Origin: Harriotta raleighana | Lineage: Eukaryota | Assembly: GCA_050575255.1 (NCBI GenBank) | Contig: JBNZDD010013633.1 | Span: forward strand, 3,275,470-3,339,469 | Direction: 5' to 3' | Length of the DNA: 64,000 nt | Translations under genes and position numbers: made by a program | Shown: positions 23,972 through 37,270 of the stretch, piece by piece | Layout: each line of letters starts with the position of its first letter | Numbering within the stretch: the first letter of the stretch is position 1 | Notes under the pieces: generated by a model | The model's database searches: none | What the model was told of the DNA's origin: nothing | What the model saw: only the letters and a program-made list of their open reading frames with translations

Positions 23972-25560
23972 GTAATAATAACAACTTGGATTTAAACAGT
24001 GCACTTCCCGCGGGCTAGCATCCTGGAACACTTCACAGTGACAGAATCTGACACTGAGCCAGGGAGAGGGTTGGCGGAGGTGACTGTAAGCATAATTTAA
24101 AAAGGTCTTTAGGTGGGATTTGAAAGTGAGGAGAGGGAGCAAGGCGGAGGGATTGAGAGAGAAAATTCCAAAGTTTTGAGATGTATTAACTGAAGGCACG
24201 ACCACGAATGATGGAGTGGAGAGGACGAGGGACAAAGAAGAGGCCGGAGTCAGCTGAGCGGAGGCAGTGGGTGATGAAGTGGGGTTGGAGGTTAAACAGA
24301 TCGGATAGGTAGGGAGGCGCGAGGGATGAAGGGGTTTGAAAGCAAGAGAGGATCCTGAAATCAATCCATTTGGTAATTGGGAGCCAGTGGAACCTGGCAT
24401 GGACTGGTGTAATTGGAGTATGGAGTTTGGTGCGGGTGAGTATCCAGGCAGCGGAGTTTTGAATTAATTTAATTTTGTGTGTAGTGGAGTAAGGAAGGCA
24501 TTGGAATAGTCCAGCTGGGAAGTGATAATAGCATGGACTAGGGTTGTGAGGTTTGGACGGAGGCAGGCAATGTGGAAAAAAGCATACCTGGTCAAGGAAT
24601 GGATGTGTGATGGAAAGAAAAGCTGGGGATTGAACCTGATGCCAAAGTTGTGCGCGTATTCAGTGAGTCTGAGGTAGATCCTGGAGAGGTTGAGGAATTC
24701 AGACCCTCAGGAGAGAAAACATTGATGGGAGCCAAGGAATATGGCCTCTGTCTTGCCGACATTCAGATGCAGGAAATTTGCATTCATCCAGGCTCTGAAG
24801 TCCAAACAAGCTGACGGTACAACAGCGGACTTGGAGTCATAGCTGGAGGAGGAGAAGCAGATTTGTGTGTCATGTCATGTGAAAGTTGACACCATGTCTG
24901 TGGATGACATCGCTAGGAGGGTACATGTAGATGAGGAAAAGAAGAGGGGAAAGAATGGAGTCTTGGAGTACCCTGCAAAAGACAGGGTGTGGGGGTGGGG
25001 AAGCAGGAAGAAAATACATTTGCTGAGATGTATTGTTACCGATTAGTTAAGTAGGACTTCAACCATGCGAGTGCAGTCCCACTATGGTGGATGAGGGAGG
25101 AGAGACAGTGGAGGATGGCTTGATCGCTAGTGTCAAACTTGACAGAGAGGTTCGAGAGAATGAGGAGGGTGAGGGAGCTATGGTCACACCGAGAGAATTC
25201 ATCATTTGTTACTTTGACAAGCGCTGTCTCTGTGGTGTGGGCAGGCCAAATACGAACTAGAAGAGATTGAGTGGGAATGTAGGAAGATGTGTGAGCAAAG
25301 TTAATTTGCAATGATGGGTTCCAAAACTTTGTCCATGAAGGGCAGGTTTGAAATGGATCTGATGTTGGAGAGGTTGGAGGGAACGAGGGTACATTTTTTA
25401 AGGAGAGGAGTGATGACAGCAATTTTGAGGGGGAGTGGGACACAACGTGAGTTGAGAGGACTAGTTGATGTCAGTATGAGTCAGCTAACAGTGGGCAGAG
25501 GAGAGGTGGTGAGGGCCAGGCAGGCAGGGGACTTGGAGTAGGCCAGAGACTGCTGAGTGG
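23972..25560 (-). mobile_element. L2 LINE, ~1.6 kb, with decayed reverse transcriptase domain
   Basis: Reverse strand gives TETALVKVTND..LS..FDT.D..IL..L..SGTALAWLKSYLTNR, then G.P..SILSPLLFLIYM..DVIHRHGVNFH..DTQ. The YADD motif is disrupted and there are stops and frameshifts. Confidence 0.92.
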
Positions 25561-26449
25561 AGGGAACGGACAGGTCTGTAAAGAGATATTAGGTCACAGA
25601 GGTAGGGAGGAGCAAGTGCTTGGAGGGCAACAACAATTTTAAAGGGACCTCACTAACCTGAGAATCTGATCCCTAACTGTTCTAGGCAGTTCTCTAACCC
25701 TCCCATGCAACCTTTGAGTTGCTCACCCACCTAGTGCATTGATCCACACTTTTCCCCTTATGCTGTCTAAATACGAATAGGCAGCAACTTGCAATGAAAC
25801 AACAAAAATAGTGTAATTTGTCTTGTTTGTATTCTCCTGTATATCTCTCATGCCCTCCATATAAATATAAATCCCCCAGATCTCATCCCTTCACAAAATC
25901 ATCATGTTGCACATGTTACTCCGGTTATATTTCGGATTCAGACAATCCTGCTAAGATTCTTGATCGGATTTCCCACAGGTTCCATAATCAGGAACCCATT
26001 GAAGGAATATTGCAAATTAGATTCCAGTTTTACCAAATCTCCAAAGTGCTAGATTGCAATGAAATGTAATCCAGGGGAGGAAGAGCTATGGAGATTGAGC
26101 ACAATGGGTCCATATAGTGATGGATTCATTTTGGAACATTTGCTGTTTTGTATCTTGTCTGTTTACACTATTAAACTCCTTTCTGATTCAAACCCACAAG
26201 ATATAATTCAGATGCTTCAGTTGTCTCATGTAGTCTAACAAATAGGAAAATAATTCCTTGGCACCCATCTACGCCAAGATCGTTTGCGAAGTCTCCACAT
26301 GTTATAGAAAGAGAATCTTCCACCCATTTGATTTCTTCCATCCAAGAACAACCACTCTACCATCTTCCCGTCACAGCATCAACAACAACCACAACAACTT
26401 TGATTTATATAGCGCCCTCCACGCCGGAAGGTGTCTCAGAGTGTTCTTT

Positions 26450-26590
26450 AAATTAGTCCAATTTCCTGGGAACCTTTTCCAGCTGTTGATTACCCTTGGC
26501 AAAAAGAAAACAATTATCTGTTTTCTGATCAGGTTTTGTGAAGAAAATCTGACCTGAAACTTCGCAACTGTGCCTGTTTGCCTATCATCT
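26450..26590 (-). mobile_element. CR1 LINE ORF2 3' fragment (adjacent L2 tail 26380-26447)
   Basis: Translation IRKQ..FFLPRVINSWKRFPG resembles the CR1 motif R..FF..RVV..WN.LP. Confidence 0.65.
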
Positions 26591-27223
26591 TGGCAAGCTG
26601 CCTGTCGAGCTGTGCCTGTCCCACATTGAGTTACCTCTGACCTTTCCAGAGTCTGCAATATTTGGGGGGAATGATTTTACTTGAAAACAGCAGACAGGAT
26701 GCTGGGCAATGGTTGGGGAGGGTATTAACTAGCTCCAATGTGGCCCTAGATATGTACTGAGAGAATTTTGCTGATCAGAGAATAGACCCTGGTTTGCAGG
26801 TGTGGAATACTCAGAGGGGTGTCACTACTTGGCCACCCTATCTGTCATAAAGTCGCCTGCCCATCGACATTGCGAACATGGGAAAAATATTTAAATTGCA
26901 TCAAAATCTACTGTAAAAAAAAAAAGACCAGCTTGAACCTTCAGTAATAATTAAATCCTCTGCATCCCGAAAATTTAATTGAGGACAGCGATGTCTCGTC
27001 TGTCTATCCGACCAAGATGTCTGCCCTCAATTACGGCTTGTGGCCTGTTGTTACAGTCATTATTGCTTCATTAACTGAATCGCTGGTAGTTGAAATTGAT
27101 AAGGAATCTAAAGTTACCCTGTAATTTCACTTCATAGTTACAAACTAATATGTTGGTTACTGGTGCTTTGAGCTGTTGATATGATCCATCACTGACAGAA
27201 GCCTGAAGACAGCCAGCTTTTAC

Positions 27224-27389
27224 AACAACAAAATTACACTTGTATCGCATCTTTCATGTCAGGAGGACGTCCCAAGGTGCTGGACAATCAATGTTTTGGA
27301 CCTGAGCTGGGGTTCGGGATTGGACAGGATGGAGGACAGAGGGGTAAGGAGGTGATCGAAAGTATGGTCGAACAGGAGGATCTTAAGAT
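27224..27389 (-). mobile_element. L2 LINE 3' end
   Basis: CAACAACAAAATTACA..TTTCATGTCAGGAGGACGTCCCAAGG. Confidence 0.85.
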
Positions 27390-28340
27390 GGCTCATGCCT
27401 TCATAACATCGAGGCTTGACTATGCAAACTCCTTACTTGTCAGCTGCCCCAACTCAACCCTCCACAGACTGCAGATCATCCAGAAATCTGCGAGCCAATC
27501 AGGAGGGCCTCAGTCTTGCTTCCGCACCCCAGGCGCTGACACTGTGAGCATCCAAGGCTGCACTGTCCATCTCTCTGAGCCAGTAGGGAACCTGGGTGTC
27601 TTATTCAACCGTGTACTGTCCTTCCTCCCCCATATCCACGCAATGAGCAGTACTGCCTTCCACCACCTTTACAACATCGCCAGAGTCCACCATTGCCTCA
27701 CCCAGAAACTCTTGTACACGTTAAGGCTCAACTATGGAAATTCCCTCTTCATTGACTTCCTGGGTCTTCCCTTCACAAGAAGCAGATAGTCCAGAACTCT
27801 GCAGCTCATGTCCTCACCCGCACCAAGTTCCACAACCATATCACACCCACCCTTCCCCGGCTCCATTGGCTCCCCATCCCCCAGAGGATCGAATTCAAGA
27901 TTCTTGTCCTCACCTTCAACGCCATTCACGGCCTTGCTGGCACCACCCCCCCCACTCCCCACCACTCCACCATCTTTCCGACCTGCTGTTTCCCTATGAA
28001 CAGTGGGCTCCAGCCTGCTCCATGTTCCCTGGCCGACCCGACCTACCATTCGCAGATGGGCTTTCAGGCTCTCCACTCCCACTCTCTGGAAGTCCATCCC
28101 ACAGTCTCTTACTTCGCTCCCTCCCTCGCCTCCTTCAAGGCTGGTCTCAAGACCCTCCTCTTCGACCGTGCCTTCTGCTGTCCTCCCAACTCTCTCCCTC
28201 CCCTCCTAACTCTCTCCCGTCCCTCCCGCCTACCCTGCCCCTCTCATTTGCTTTGGTCCCGTCCTGACTGTTCAATGCCTTGGGACATCCTCCCGACGTG
28301 AAAGGCACTCTATAAATGTAATTTTTGTTGTTGTTGTTGT
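27390..28340 (+). mobile_element. L2 LINE fragments (27390-27490 and ~27500-28340)
   Basis: AHAFITSRLDYANSLL..LHRLQIIQKSA, then VGNLGVLF..LSFLPHI..AFHHLYNIARV..; ends GAAAGGCACTCTATAAATGTAATTTT(GTT)n. Confidence 0.9.
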
Positions 28341-28700
28341 TAAAGAGGGGAAGGAGGGGCCAGACAGAGAGATAGGGGGAAAGAGTTCAAAAGCTTCAGG
28401 AAAGTGTTGCAAAGGATGGTGGAAGGGACAGGGGACAAGCAGGAGGCCAGAGCCAGCTATGCAAAAGCAGTAGGTAGTGGAGTGGGGAAAAAGCAGGTCA
28501 GATGGGTAGACAGGATCAAAGGCATGCAACATTTTGTAGTCAAGCAAGAGGAATATGAAATCAATCTGTTCGGTGACAGGGATCTGGTGGAGTCTGCCGA
28601 AAAGTGGTTCGCTGGTGTACAAAGCTTAGTGGGTAGTGGAGCTGGAGAGACTAGAGATGAGAGCATTGGAGCAGTCGTGGCAGAAGGCAACAAAAGTGGT
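28341..28700 (-). mobile_element. Older L2 LINE fragment
   Basis: Reverse translation LHQIPVTEQIDFIFLLLDYKMLH..P.YPSDLL..AGSGLLLVP. Confidence 0.7.
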
Positions 28701-29567
28701 GTGAGAGATTTTACTGTATTAGGGTGAGATAAGGTCAGAGGCGGGGAATTTGGAAATTAGGCTTGATTTCCAGTCTTGATGGAAAAGGCTGGACTGAGGC
28801 TCATTTGGTGAATAGTTCAGAAGACTATAGAGGAAAGGATGGTGGAAGGGACAGGGGATAAGCAGGAGGCCAGAGCCAGCTAAGCAAAAGCACAGGAAAA
28901 ATTAATTTCTCAGAGTAAAGAGATCATTTACACCTTTCTCTTCCCACCCTCCCAAGAAAATAAACCGATCTGAGCAGAAACTAGCCTGTTATGAATGCTT
29001 AGCAATAAGGCCTTATGCCAACATCATATACAATGTGCCACAGAGCAACAGATTTATATACAAGCTGAATGACTTCCAGCTATAAAATTTAAATATGAAA
29101 ACAATTAAAGGGCTAGGGCTGGAACTGTCAGCTTTTGGGCTCAGAGTACATTAGACTTTATTTTGAGAATTAAGAGGTGAAAGTTACAGAAGTTACAGGA
29201 GTAATACTTAGATGAGTTACATGGGTGGAACACCCATGTAACATCAATCATATGGCTTTCCATAATGCCCATTGTGGTTTTACAGCCCAGTTGAATTTTA
29301 ATGCCTCAACTGCTACCCTACTGAGATTAATTAATTTAGCAACAACAGCAAAATTACATTTATAGAGCACCTTTCACGTCATGAGGACGTCCCAAGGCTC
29401 TGGCACAATCTAGCATGGGCACAATCTGTGATTTTGTGTATATCACTATTGCCCGCACTTTCTGGATCTCAGTCCCTGAATCCTTCCACCTCAAATCCTT
29501 CCTCTCTGCCTTCAAAATCCACCTATAGACTTATCTTTTTGACTTTGCTTTCATCCACCTTTTCCCA

Positions 29568-29617
29568 TCCTCCTTCTCCTCAGCCTCCTTCTCCCCAGCC
29601 TCCTTCTCCCCAGCCTC
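29568..29617. repeat. (CCTCCTTCTCCCCAG)x~3 minisatellite in a decayed L2 3' UTR
   Basis: Direct 15-bp repeats visible. Confidence 0.7.
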
Positions 29618-31199
29618 TCTCTACTACCGCTTGCTCGGATATCTAACAATTAGACACCATACTGAGAGCAACAAATTTCTTAAATCCACATGACTGTCAG
29701 GAGTTACAATAGTACTGTTGTCTAAATGCAATGCCACAATTAAGTGAAGCACATGACTTGGTAGTGAGTGGTTAAGGGGATTTGTCAGACATCTTGCTAC
29801 ACTCCAGTCAGTATTTTGTTCACCATAATTTCATCTATATTTGTCAAGACTCCTAGATCTATTTTAGGTTTGTTTAGTTCCACCTCCACATGGACGTCAG
29901 ATCTACCACCCCAAGCCTTGAGTGTTCTGTTCATTCAATGAATTACTCACCCTGACAAGTCAGCCTTTGTTCCACCAGACAGACATGGTCCTTGTTTATG
30001 CTGAAACACTCTTCGTATTGCCCCAAGTAAACAATTACAAAACCCCTCAGGCCAGTCCAGAATTTGGGACCAAGCAAAGTGAATGAGAGTGCATCATTCT
30101 GAATGTCACAGCTGTTTCCTTAATTAACCAGTTATTTTTTCAGTCAAGCAAAAACAGTCCAGTTTCATAGACAGAGCACTGGTTTAGAGCCTCTGGAGAA
30201 GTGAACTTTTTGCACTTCCCTCCCTACATAAGTAAACATTAGTTTAAGCAATGTTCCTGTACTTGGAGGTAGTGGACCCAGCCTCGAAAACTCATGTAGT
30301 TAAGTCACCAAAAAGCTCTACCCTCCCAAGAAATCGCAAGCCAGATTTCTGAGTTTAAACAGACTCTACAGGTTCATGTTATACACCAAAAGAAAGTGGC
30401 TAAGATCCCCATGCAAGACTGCAGACCTACACTGGAATTTTGCGTTTCAATAGTACAGAAGATAATGAAACTGTTGAACTCAGAATGTAACTGATGCAGA
30501 GGTTGATGACTCATATAACAAATGGACCATTTGGCATCAAAAGGAAGGAAGCCGTGGAAATACGAAGGTTCTGCACAGGAAAGATCATTTGGGTAAGCTA
30601 GTCTAGCCCTTCTCAACCTTTTCCTCCCACTCCCAATTCTTACCATCAAATTCCGCAAGATATTCCCGTTTCTTTCAAGAAACCTCATACGCCCTCTGTA
30701 AATCTTGTGATATGATAACTCTTGTTTGGTGATGTAGATATACTGTGCTTGTTTTGGTCGGGTATTGGGAGTAAAGCAATAAACCTGGTGACATAGCATT
30801 GGGTTGCAACCTTGTATTTTAAAATAAGCATCAGAAGAACACACAAATATACACAGAGAACACACAAACATGCACCAGAAAATTGGCTCTTAGACACTGT
30901 GGCAATCAAGTGCTCAACAATCTACAGTACCATGTAATTATAACACTAGTCCTAATGGTTTATTGTGGTGTGGGATGCGCACATTGTGTTCTCTCATAGG
31001 TCTGTTTTCGCCCCCCTCCCTCCCTCTTTCCTCCATTCTCTCCTGGAGTGGTGTGAATTACATTCCTAGTGAAACCACCTCCAGCAGGTGAGTTTCCGGA
31101 CAAATTGACATTGTACAGTCAAAACACAGGTATGAGCAAAAATCGCAAATTCAGGATTATTACAAGTGTCTGAATTTGGTATTCCTAAACACTTTACAT

Positions 31200-31524
31200 A
31201 TCAGAGCACCTTGACCAGATCCTTTGTGCATTTCCTTGACATAAGTACAGTTGGGCCTTCAGACTCTCTCCTCCCTCACCACCTGCATCTTCTGGAACTC
31301 CATCCAATAGTCCCTCCACCTCACCCCCTCCCTTGCCTCCTTTAATACCTGTTGAAAGACCCTCCTCTTTGACCGTACTTTCAGTCACTTTCCTACCTCT
31401 ACCTTCCCCTTTGTTCACCCCTCCTGATCCCAACCATCAGCTCTGGTGCGAATCCCTGACTGTCCCGCCTGTTGGGACATCCTCTTTATATGAAAGGCAC
31501 GATACAAATATAATTTGTTGTTGC
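31200..31524 (+). mobile_element. L2 LINE 3' fragment
   Basis: TCTGGAACTCCATCC..AAGACCCTCCTCTTTGACC..GAAAGGCACGATACAAAT. Confidence 0.8.
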
Positions 31525-33315
31525 ATCACTCTGAGTGAAGAGCAAAGAGTCTTTTGTTCTACACAAAACTTTCCGATGGCTAACCATTGTGGTTGACGCC
31601 ACATCCAGCGTAGACATCTTCATAGGTGACAAGGATTTGGTTGTGACCACAGTGGTGACTGCAAATCATTATTTTCCACAAACACCAAGAGACCAAGATT
31701 ACAATATAGCTTCAGACATAAAGACTGACCCAGGGTTTTAAAAGAGTTGAGCTTTGACTTTCACTGGCTGAGGTTCCCTACTGACTGGAATGCTGATTTG
31801 TAGTGGAAATTCCCACTACATCTGTCAGTCAGCTGACATTACCTTCTCACCATACTTACATCTATCTCTGGCAAATACAAAGAAAGAGAATAAGAATGCT
31901 ATGGGACAGTTCAGTTAATTTGATTATGCTGCAATCAAAAATACAAAACATTATTTTGACAAGCTGGCCGAAGGGTACACAAACCCTTCTGAGCGTGTGG
32001 TAAAGGACATTCCAAACCTGCCACCCAAGGAACGTTGTTTAACAGAAAAATTCGTAAAACTTGTGGGGTAGTATCTACACATAAATAACCTGAGGGTTTC
32101 TGCAAACACTGAAGGATTGGCAACCACACAATGCATGACCAGAGTGTCCTCCAGAGGATAAAATTCCCTGGTATTGGCTCTTATCCACATCCCTAATAAT
32201 TAGGTCAAATTAACCTCTCACTTTAGTTAAATATAAAACAGCAAGGCTCAGCCAAATGTAAAAAGCAGTGGCTCATATACAGTTGGATATGTATTATACA
32301 TACAATGTAGTANTCCCTCCACCTCACCCCCTCCCTTGCCTCCTTTAATACCTGTTGAAAGACCCTCCTCTTTGACCGTACTTTCAGTCACTTTCCTACC
32401 TCTACCTTCCCCTTTGTTCACCCCTCCTGATCCCAACCATCAGCTCTGGTGCGAATCCCTGACTGTCCCGCCTGTTGGGACATCCTCTTTATATGAAAGG
32501 CACGATACAAATATAATTTGTTGTTGCATCACTCTGAGTGAAGAGCAAAGAGTCTTTTGTTCTACACAAAACTTTCCGATGGCTAACCATTGTGGTTGAC
32601 GCCACATCCAGCGTAGACATCTTCATAGGTGACAAGGATTTGGTTGTGACCACAGTGGTGACTGCAAATCATTATTTTCCACAAACACCAAGAGACCAAG
32701 ATTACAATATAGCTTCAGACATAAAGACTGACCCAGGGTTTTAAAAGAGTTGAGCTTTGACTTTCACTGGCTGAGGTTCCCTACTGACTGGAATGCTGAT
32801 TTGTAGTGGAAATTCCCACTACATCTGTCAGTCAGCTGACATTACCTTCTCACCATACTTACATCTATCTCTGGCAAATACAAAGAAAGAGAATAAGAAT
32901 GCTATGGGACAGTTCAGTTAATTTGATTATGCTGCAATCAAAAATACAAAACATTATTTTGACAAGCTGGCCGAAGGGTACACAAACCCTTCTGAGCGTG
33001 TGGTAAAGGACATTCCAAACCTGCCACCCAAGGAACGTTGTTTAACAGAAAAATTCGTAAAACTTGTGGGGTAGTATCTACACATAAATAACCTGAGGGT
33101 TTCTGCAAACACTGAAGGATTGGCAACCACACAATGCATGACCAGAGTGTCCTCCAGAGGATAAAATTCCCTGGTATTGGCTCTTATCCACATCCCTAAT
33201 AATTAGGTCAAATTAACCTCTCACTTTAGTTAAATATAAAACAGCAAGGCTCAGCCAAATGTAAAAAGCAGTGGCTCATATACAGTTGGATATGTATTAT
33301 ACATACAATGTAGTA
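31311..33315. repeat. ~1.0-kb direct duplication around single N (32313); probable assembly artefact
   Basis: 31311-32312 matches 32314-33315; identical ORFs offset by 1003. Confidence 0.92.
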
Positions 33316-35117
33316 AATATCTACACTCAATCCATGACTGGTTGTAGGATACTGCTATGCCTCATTTTGCTCACAAAATATACAATCAATTCACTTGACA
33401 GCATATTTTGTGAAGCACTTTGAGACTTCCAAACTGTCTTGGAAGAGTTGGTGAGTTTCCACTGTATGGATGCCTGGTATATAATATAAAAAGAGTTCCT
33501 TGCATTCAAACGCTAGTGGAAATCTCAATACAACAAATCCATTTTGCGAATATGTCATTTGTCTTCTTGGAACGTGCTCCCCTTTGTTTAATGTCCCCCA
33601 CAAAGGCTCTGCATCTTCATTGTGCGAAAGACTGTAGCCTAATGCGTCACATAGCATGCATCAGGGTGCCATTGAACGTCCGTATACAGTACATCATGGA
33701 TATCTGTAGTCCATCTGAATATATCAGTTCAGGCACATGTCATGGAGGAGGGAGGATACAGACTAAAACAAATAACTTCCCACAACTGTGTGACGCACAG
33801 GGAGAATCGAGGGCAAGGATTTAGAACTAAATAACCACCAGAAGTCAACCTACTCTACACAGATTTGATAGATTTAAATGCTGCCTCTGTGGAAAGCCTC
33901 TATAAAGATTCATTATGTTCTTTGCTAATGATTAACGGTTATCCGCTCTGCAGAGCTTCAGAGCAGCAGCCTTCAGGCCAATGCTTGAGTCAAAGGGCTG
34001 ATGAACTCATCCTGAAGGCACGCAGACCAACCAAAACACATCATACGTTTCTTCACTGGACATGGTGCAAGAAAAACACCAGTTATGTGTGGAGAAAATA
34101 ATATGAGGCTTGGCTCTGCAGTGTTGACAAGCTGACTGTGCCAGACCTCAAACCTTCTCGTCACACCAGCCAAGGACTCAAGGGGAAACTATTTGTATTT
34201 ATTGAGTAATTGAATCCTCTACCAAGATATAGATTAGATGCACTTTACATTGACATTAATAATGCCCCTTGATATCATACTTCATCCTCTGTCATCATTA
34301 TTTTTTTCAGAGTATTTATACTTATTGCACCTATCCAAACTAATTGTAGGGTTAATAGAGATTCAGAGGCTAAAGCACACACCTGTCCAATGGCTTAGGG
34401 CAGAATTTCAGTTTAGTAGCGAGAGGGCAATTCCAGGTCGGTACATGGGTTAACTTGTTGAACTCGCCCATTTATTCTGTTTCATCTCATAGATGGGTTA
34501 TTTGTTTCTAGTTACAAAGTGCTCAGACAGTGGGTAATCCAAGCAGGGGTGAAAATTCTAAAATAATTCTAAATTGGCGTGTGTTTAGAGGTAAACTATA
34601 CTCACAGCACAGAAATAATCTTTGAAAAAAAACATTTTCTATTCCAAATTAAACAGGAAAATCTGTAGCTATCAAAAATAAAATGCTGATTGCTCCACTT
34701 AAACTATAAAGGTTTACCAACAAATATACAGTCACTAAATGTTATAGTAAATCTGGTGAAGCACTTCGAGACATCTTTCAAAGTTACATTCAGTATACTT
34801 TGAATTATACCAAATACAAGGGATATTATTATTATAATTATTATTATAATAAATGGGGGCTAATTATGGTATTTCTAAACACATTCTGAGGCAAAGTACT
34901 TCAACTAGCTAACCTTCCTGTGACTATACTCAAGTTTGAGAGTGAACAGTGGCTTGATTTTAACACAATTGTTGTGCCCAAACATTTAAATATTAAAGTG
35001 TTTTGGTACGTGAATTACAATGCTGTGCAGTGTCAAACACTGGTTTCAGAGACAAAATAACCAGAATCAAGTTCAATTCCAGGATAGCAGAGTTTATTTT
35101 GAAAAGAGGCTGCAGAT

Positions 35118-35886
35118 AGTCAGTCAGGAACCTGGGTGTCTTGTTTGACCCTGAGCTGTCCTTTCTCCCCATATTTGTTCTATGACCAGTACTGCCTTCC
35201 ACCACCTCCGCAACATCGCCCATCTCCGTCACTGCCTCACCCATCAGGCCACTGAAACTCTTACATACCCGTTTATCACCTCTGTGCTCAACTACGGCAA
35301 CTCGCTCCTTGTTGGCCTCCCCATCTCTTCCCTTCACAAGCTGCAGATCAGCTAAAACTCTGCAGCTCGTGTCCTCTCCCGGACGAAGCTCTGCAACCCC
35401 ATCACCTCCACCCTCGCCTGGCTCCACTGGTTCCCCATTCCTCAGAAGATGGAATTCAAGATCCTTGTCCTCACCCTCCACAGCCTTGCCCCCTCTTACT
35501 TCTCTGACCTGCTGACTCCCAATCAATCTGTCTGCACTCTCCATTTAGCAGGCTCCGGCTTGCTCCATATCTCTTGCCCAACCTGCCCTACCATTGGCAG
35601 TCGGGGCTTCAACCTCTCTGCCCCTACACTTTGGAACTCCATCCCACAGTCCCTTCACCTTGCTCCCTCCCTTGCCTCCTTCAAGACTAGTCTCTGGACC
35701 CCCCTCTTCGACTATCTCTTCAGTTACCCTCCTACTTCTCTGCCCTCCCTCATTCCAACCCTGCTCCCCCTGTCCCCCCTACCTCCTCACCCCTCTTTGC
35801 TCAGGTCCCAACCCCTGATTGTTCAGCGCCTTGGGACATCTTCCTGACATGAAAAGCGTGCTACAAATGTAATTTTATTGTTGTTG
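35118..35886 (+). mobile_element. L2 LINE, 5'-truncated
   Basis: VRNLGVLFDPELSFLPHI..AFHHLRNIA..LHWFPIPQKMEFKILVLT..SAPTLWNSIPQSL..FKT; L2 tail. Confidence 0.92.
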
Positions 35887-36659
35887 CAGACCAAATCATT
35901 GTGCCAAAACATGTTCATTCCTAAATCTGCCGCTATTTAGACAATTGTGGATTGCAATTTTTAATGAACCATTCCTTAATTAAGGATAGCTTTGATTTAG
36001 GAACACAATGTTTAAAGCAATTTTTCCAATAATCTTTTTTCCCTTCACACCAATATTTGGGGGGCAAGGATAGAAAAAGAAAAGAAGGTTGTATTTTTAT
36101 AGTGATTTATCATGTTGTAATGTCATAAAGTGCTTTGCAGTTAAGTGTAGAGACTATTCATTAGAAACATAAAGCCACCATTATTTATTCAAGAAAGATT
36201 CCTCTAACAACCTTGAGGTGAATTGTGAATAATAATTATAACTGCCACATTGAGTTTCATAGTGCTGTATTACTTCTGATAATTCCTTATCATACTCTTC
36301 AAAATAATACTGTACTAATAGAATAATTACTCATCAGTTCTGTTTCTCTGTTGAGTGATGTTTGTACTATTGGAACATCATGTTCTTGGCTGGTATAGTT
36401 TATGCACCTCTCATTGTTTACTGCCCTGAATCTACCCATGTATGTGACACAACAACAGAGTTCTCTGCTGTGTTTGAATATCCTCAGATTGCTGAGCTCA
36501 GCTTTTCCATATGGTGTGGGGAAAAATATAAACACATTATGGGAAATTCTGCTGGACTGATGATGGCTTCTTGGCTTGAATAGATCCAATGGTGAGGTGG
36601 CAAACTCCTCTAGAATTACAAATAGAAACTATCATCATAGATCCACTTACAAATTGATC

Positions 36660-36830
36660 ATTGCTCTGATAATCACCTTTCTGTACAGCCCATTTGAAAA
36701 AACATTCTAAATGGGCCAGAGCACTGTAGAGTTTAATTTCTGGGGATATAAAGTCAATTGATTTATTATTTATTGCTGCCTCACACTGTTTTGACTGTGA
36801 GGAATGAGTCAACTAACATAACACCTCTAG
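36660..36830 (-). mobile_element. CR1 LINE ORF2 fragment
   Basis: QCEAAIN....SPEIKLYSALAHLEC, homologous to 8790-9000. Confidence 0.6.
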
Positions 36831-36999
36831 ATCTCCTTTAACTTTCCCTTTGGCACATATTACCCCATCTATGGAGTACGCCTCTGTTTACACGCCTCTG
36901 TTTACCTAGCAGTAAGTAGAAACCCAGTTGTTAGTCGATTTGCAGATTGCTTTTACAGGAATAATAATCCCTAAAAAAAAATTGGGGTCACTCCATGCA

Positions 37000-37270
37000 C
37001 TACTATTTGTTCTACGCGTCCCTCATCCCATTTGTTCCACAATCGGTGACCAAGCTTTCAGCTACGATAGTCCCAATCTCTGCAACTCCTTTCATCAAAC
37101 CCTCTGTCTTGCCCCTTTTTCTCATCTTCAAGTGTCACCTGAAGACTTTTTTTAACCACGCCTTTGGCATCTCCCCTTGCTTTCAAGTTAGAGTTCAAAT
37201 CAAACTTTTAAACACTCTGAGAATCTACCCACATGACGGACACTTTATAAATGTAAGTTGTTGTTGATGT
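37000..37270 (+). mobile_element. L2 LINE 3' fragment
   Basis: TIGDQAFSYDSPNLCNS..; tail TATAAATGTAAGTTGTTGTTG. Confidence 0.7.

Noticed and set aside
25036-25443. Functional reverse transcriptase CDS
   Set aside because: Frameshifts, stops and a destroyed YADD motif; dead L2 copy.
31311-33315. 1-kb tandem duplication as a real segmental duplication or gene array
   Set aside because: Apparently identical copies joined at a single N; the same signature recurs four times in the window. Read depth would confirm.
36878-36905. 14-bp tandem repeat ACGCCTCTGTTTAC x2
   Set aside because: Trivial slippage at the 5' edge of a SINE fragment.
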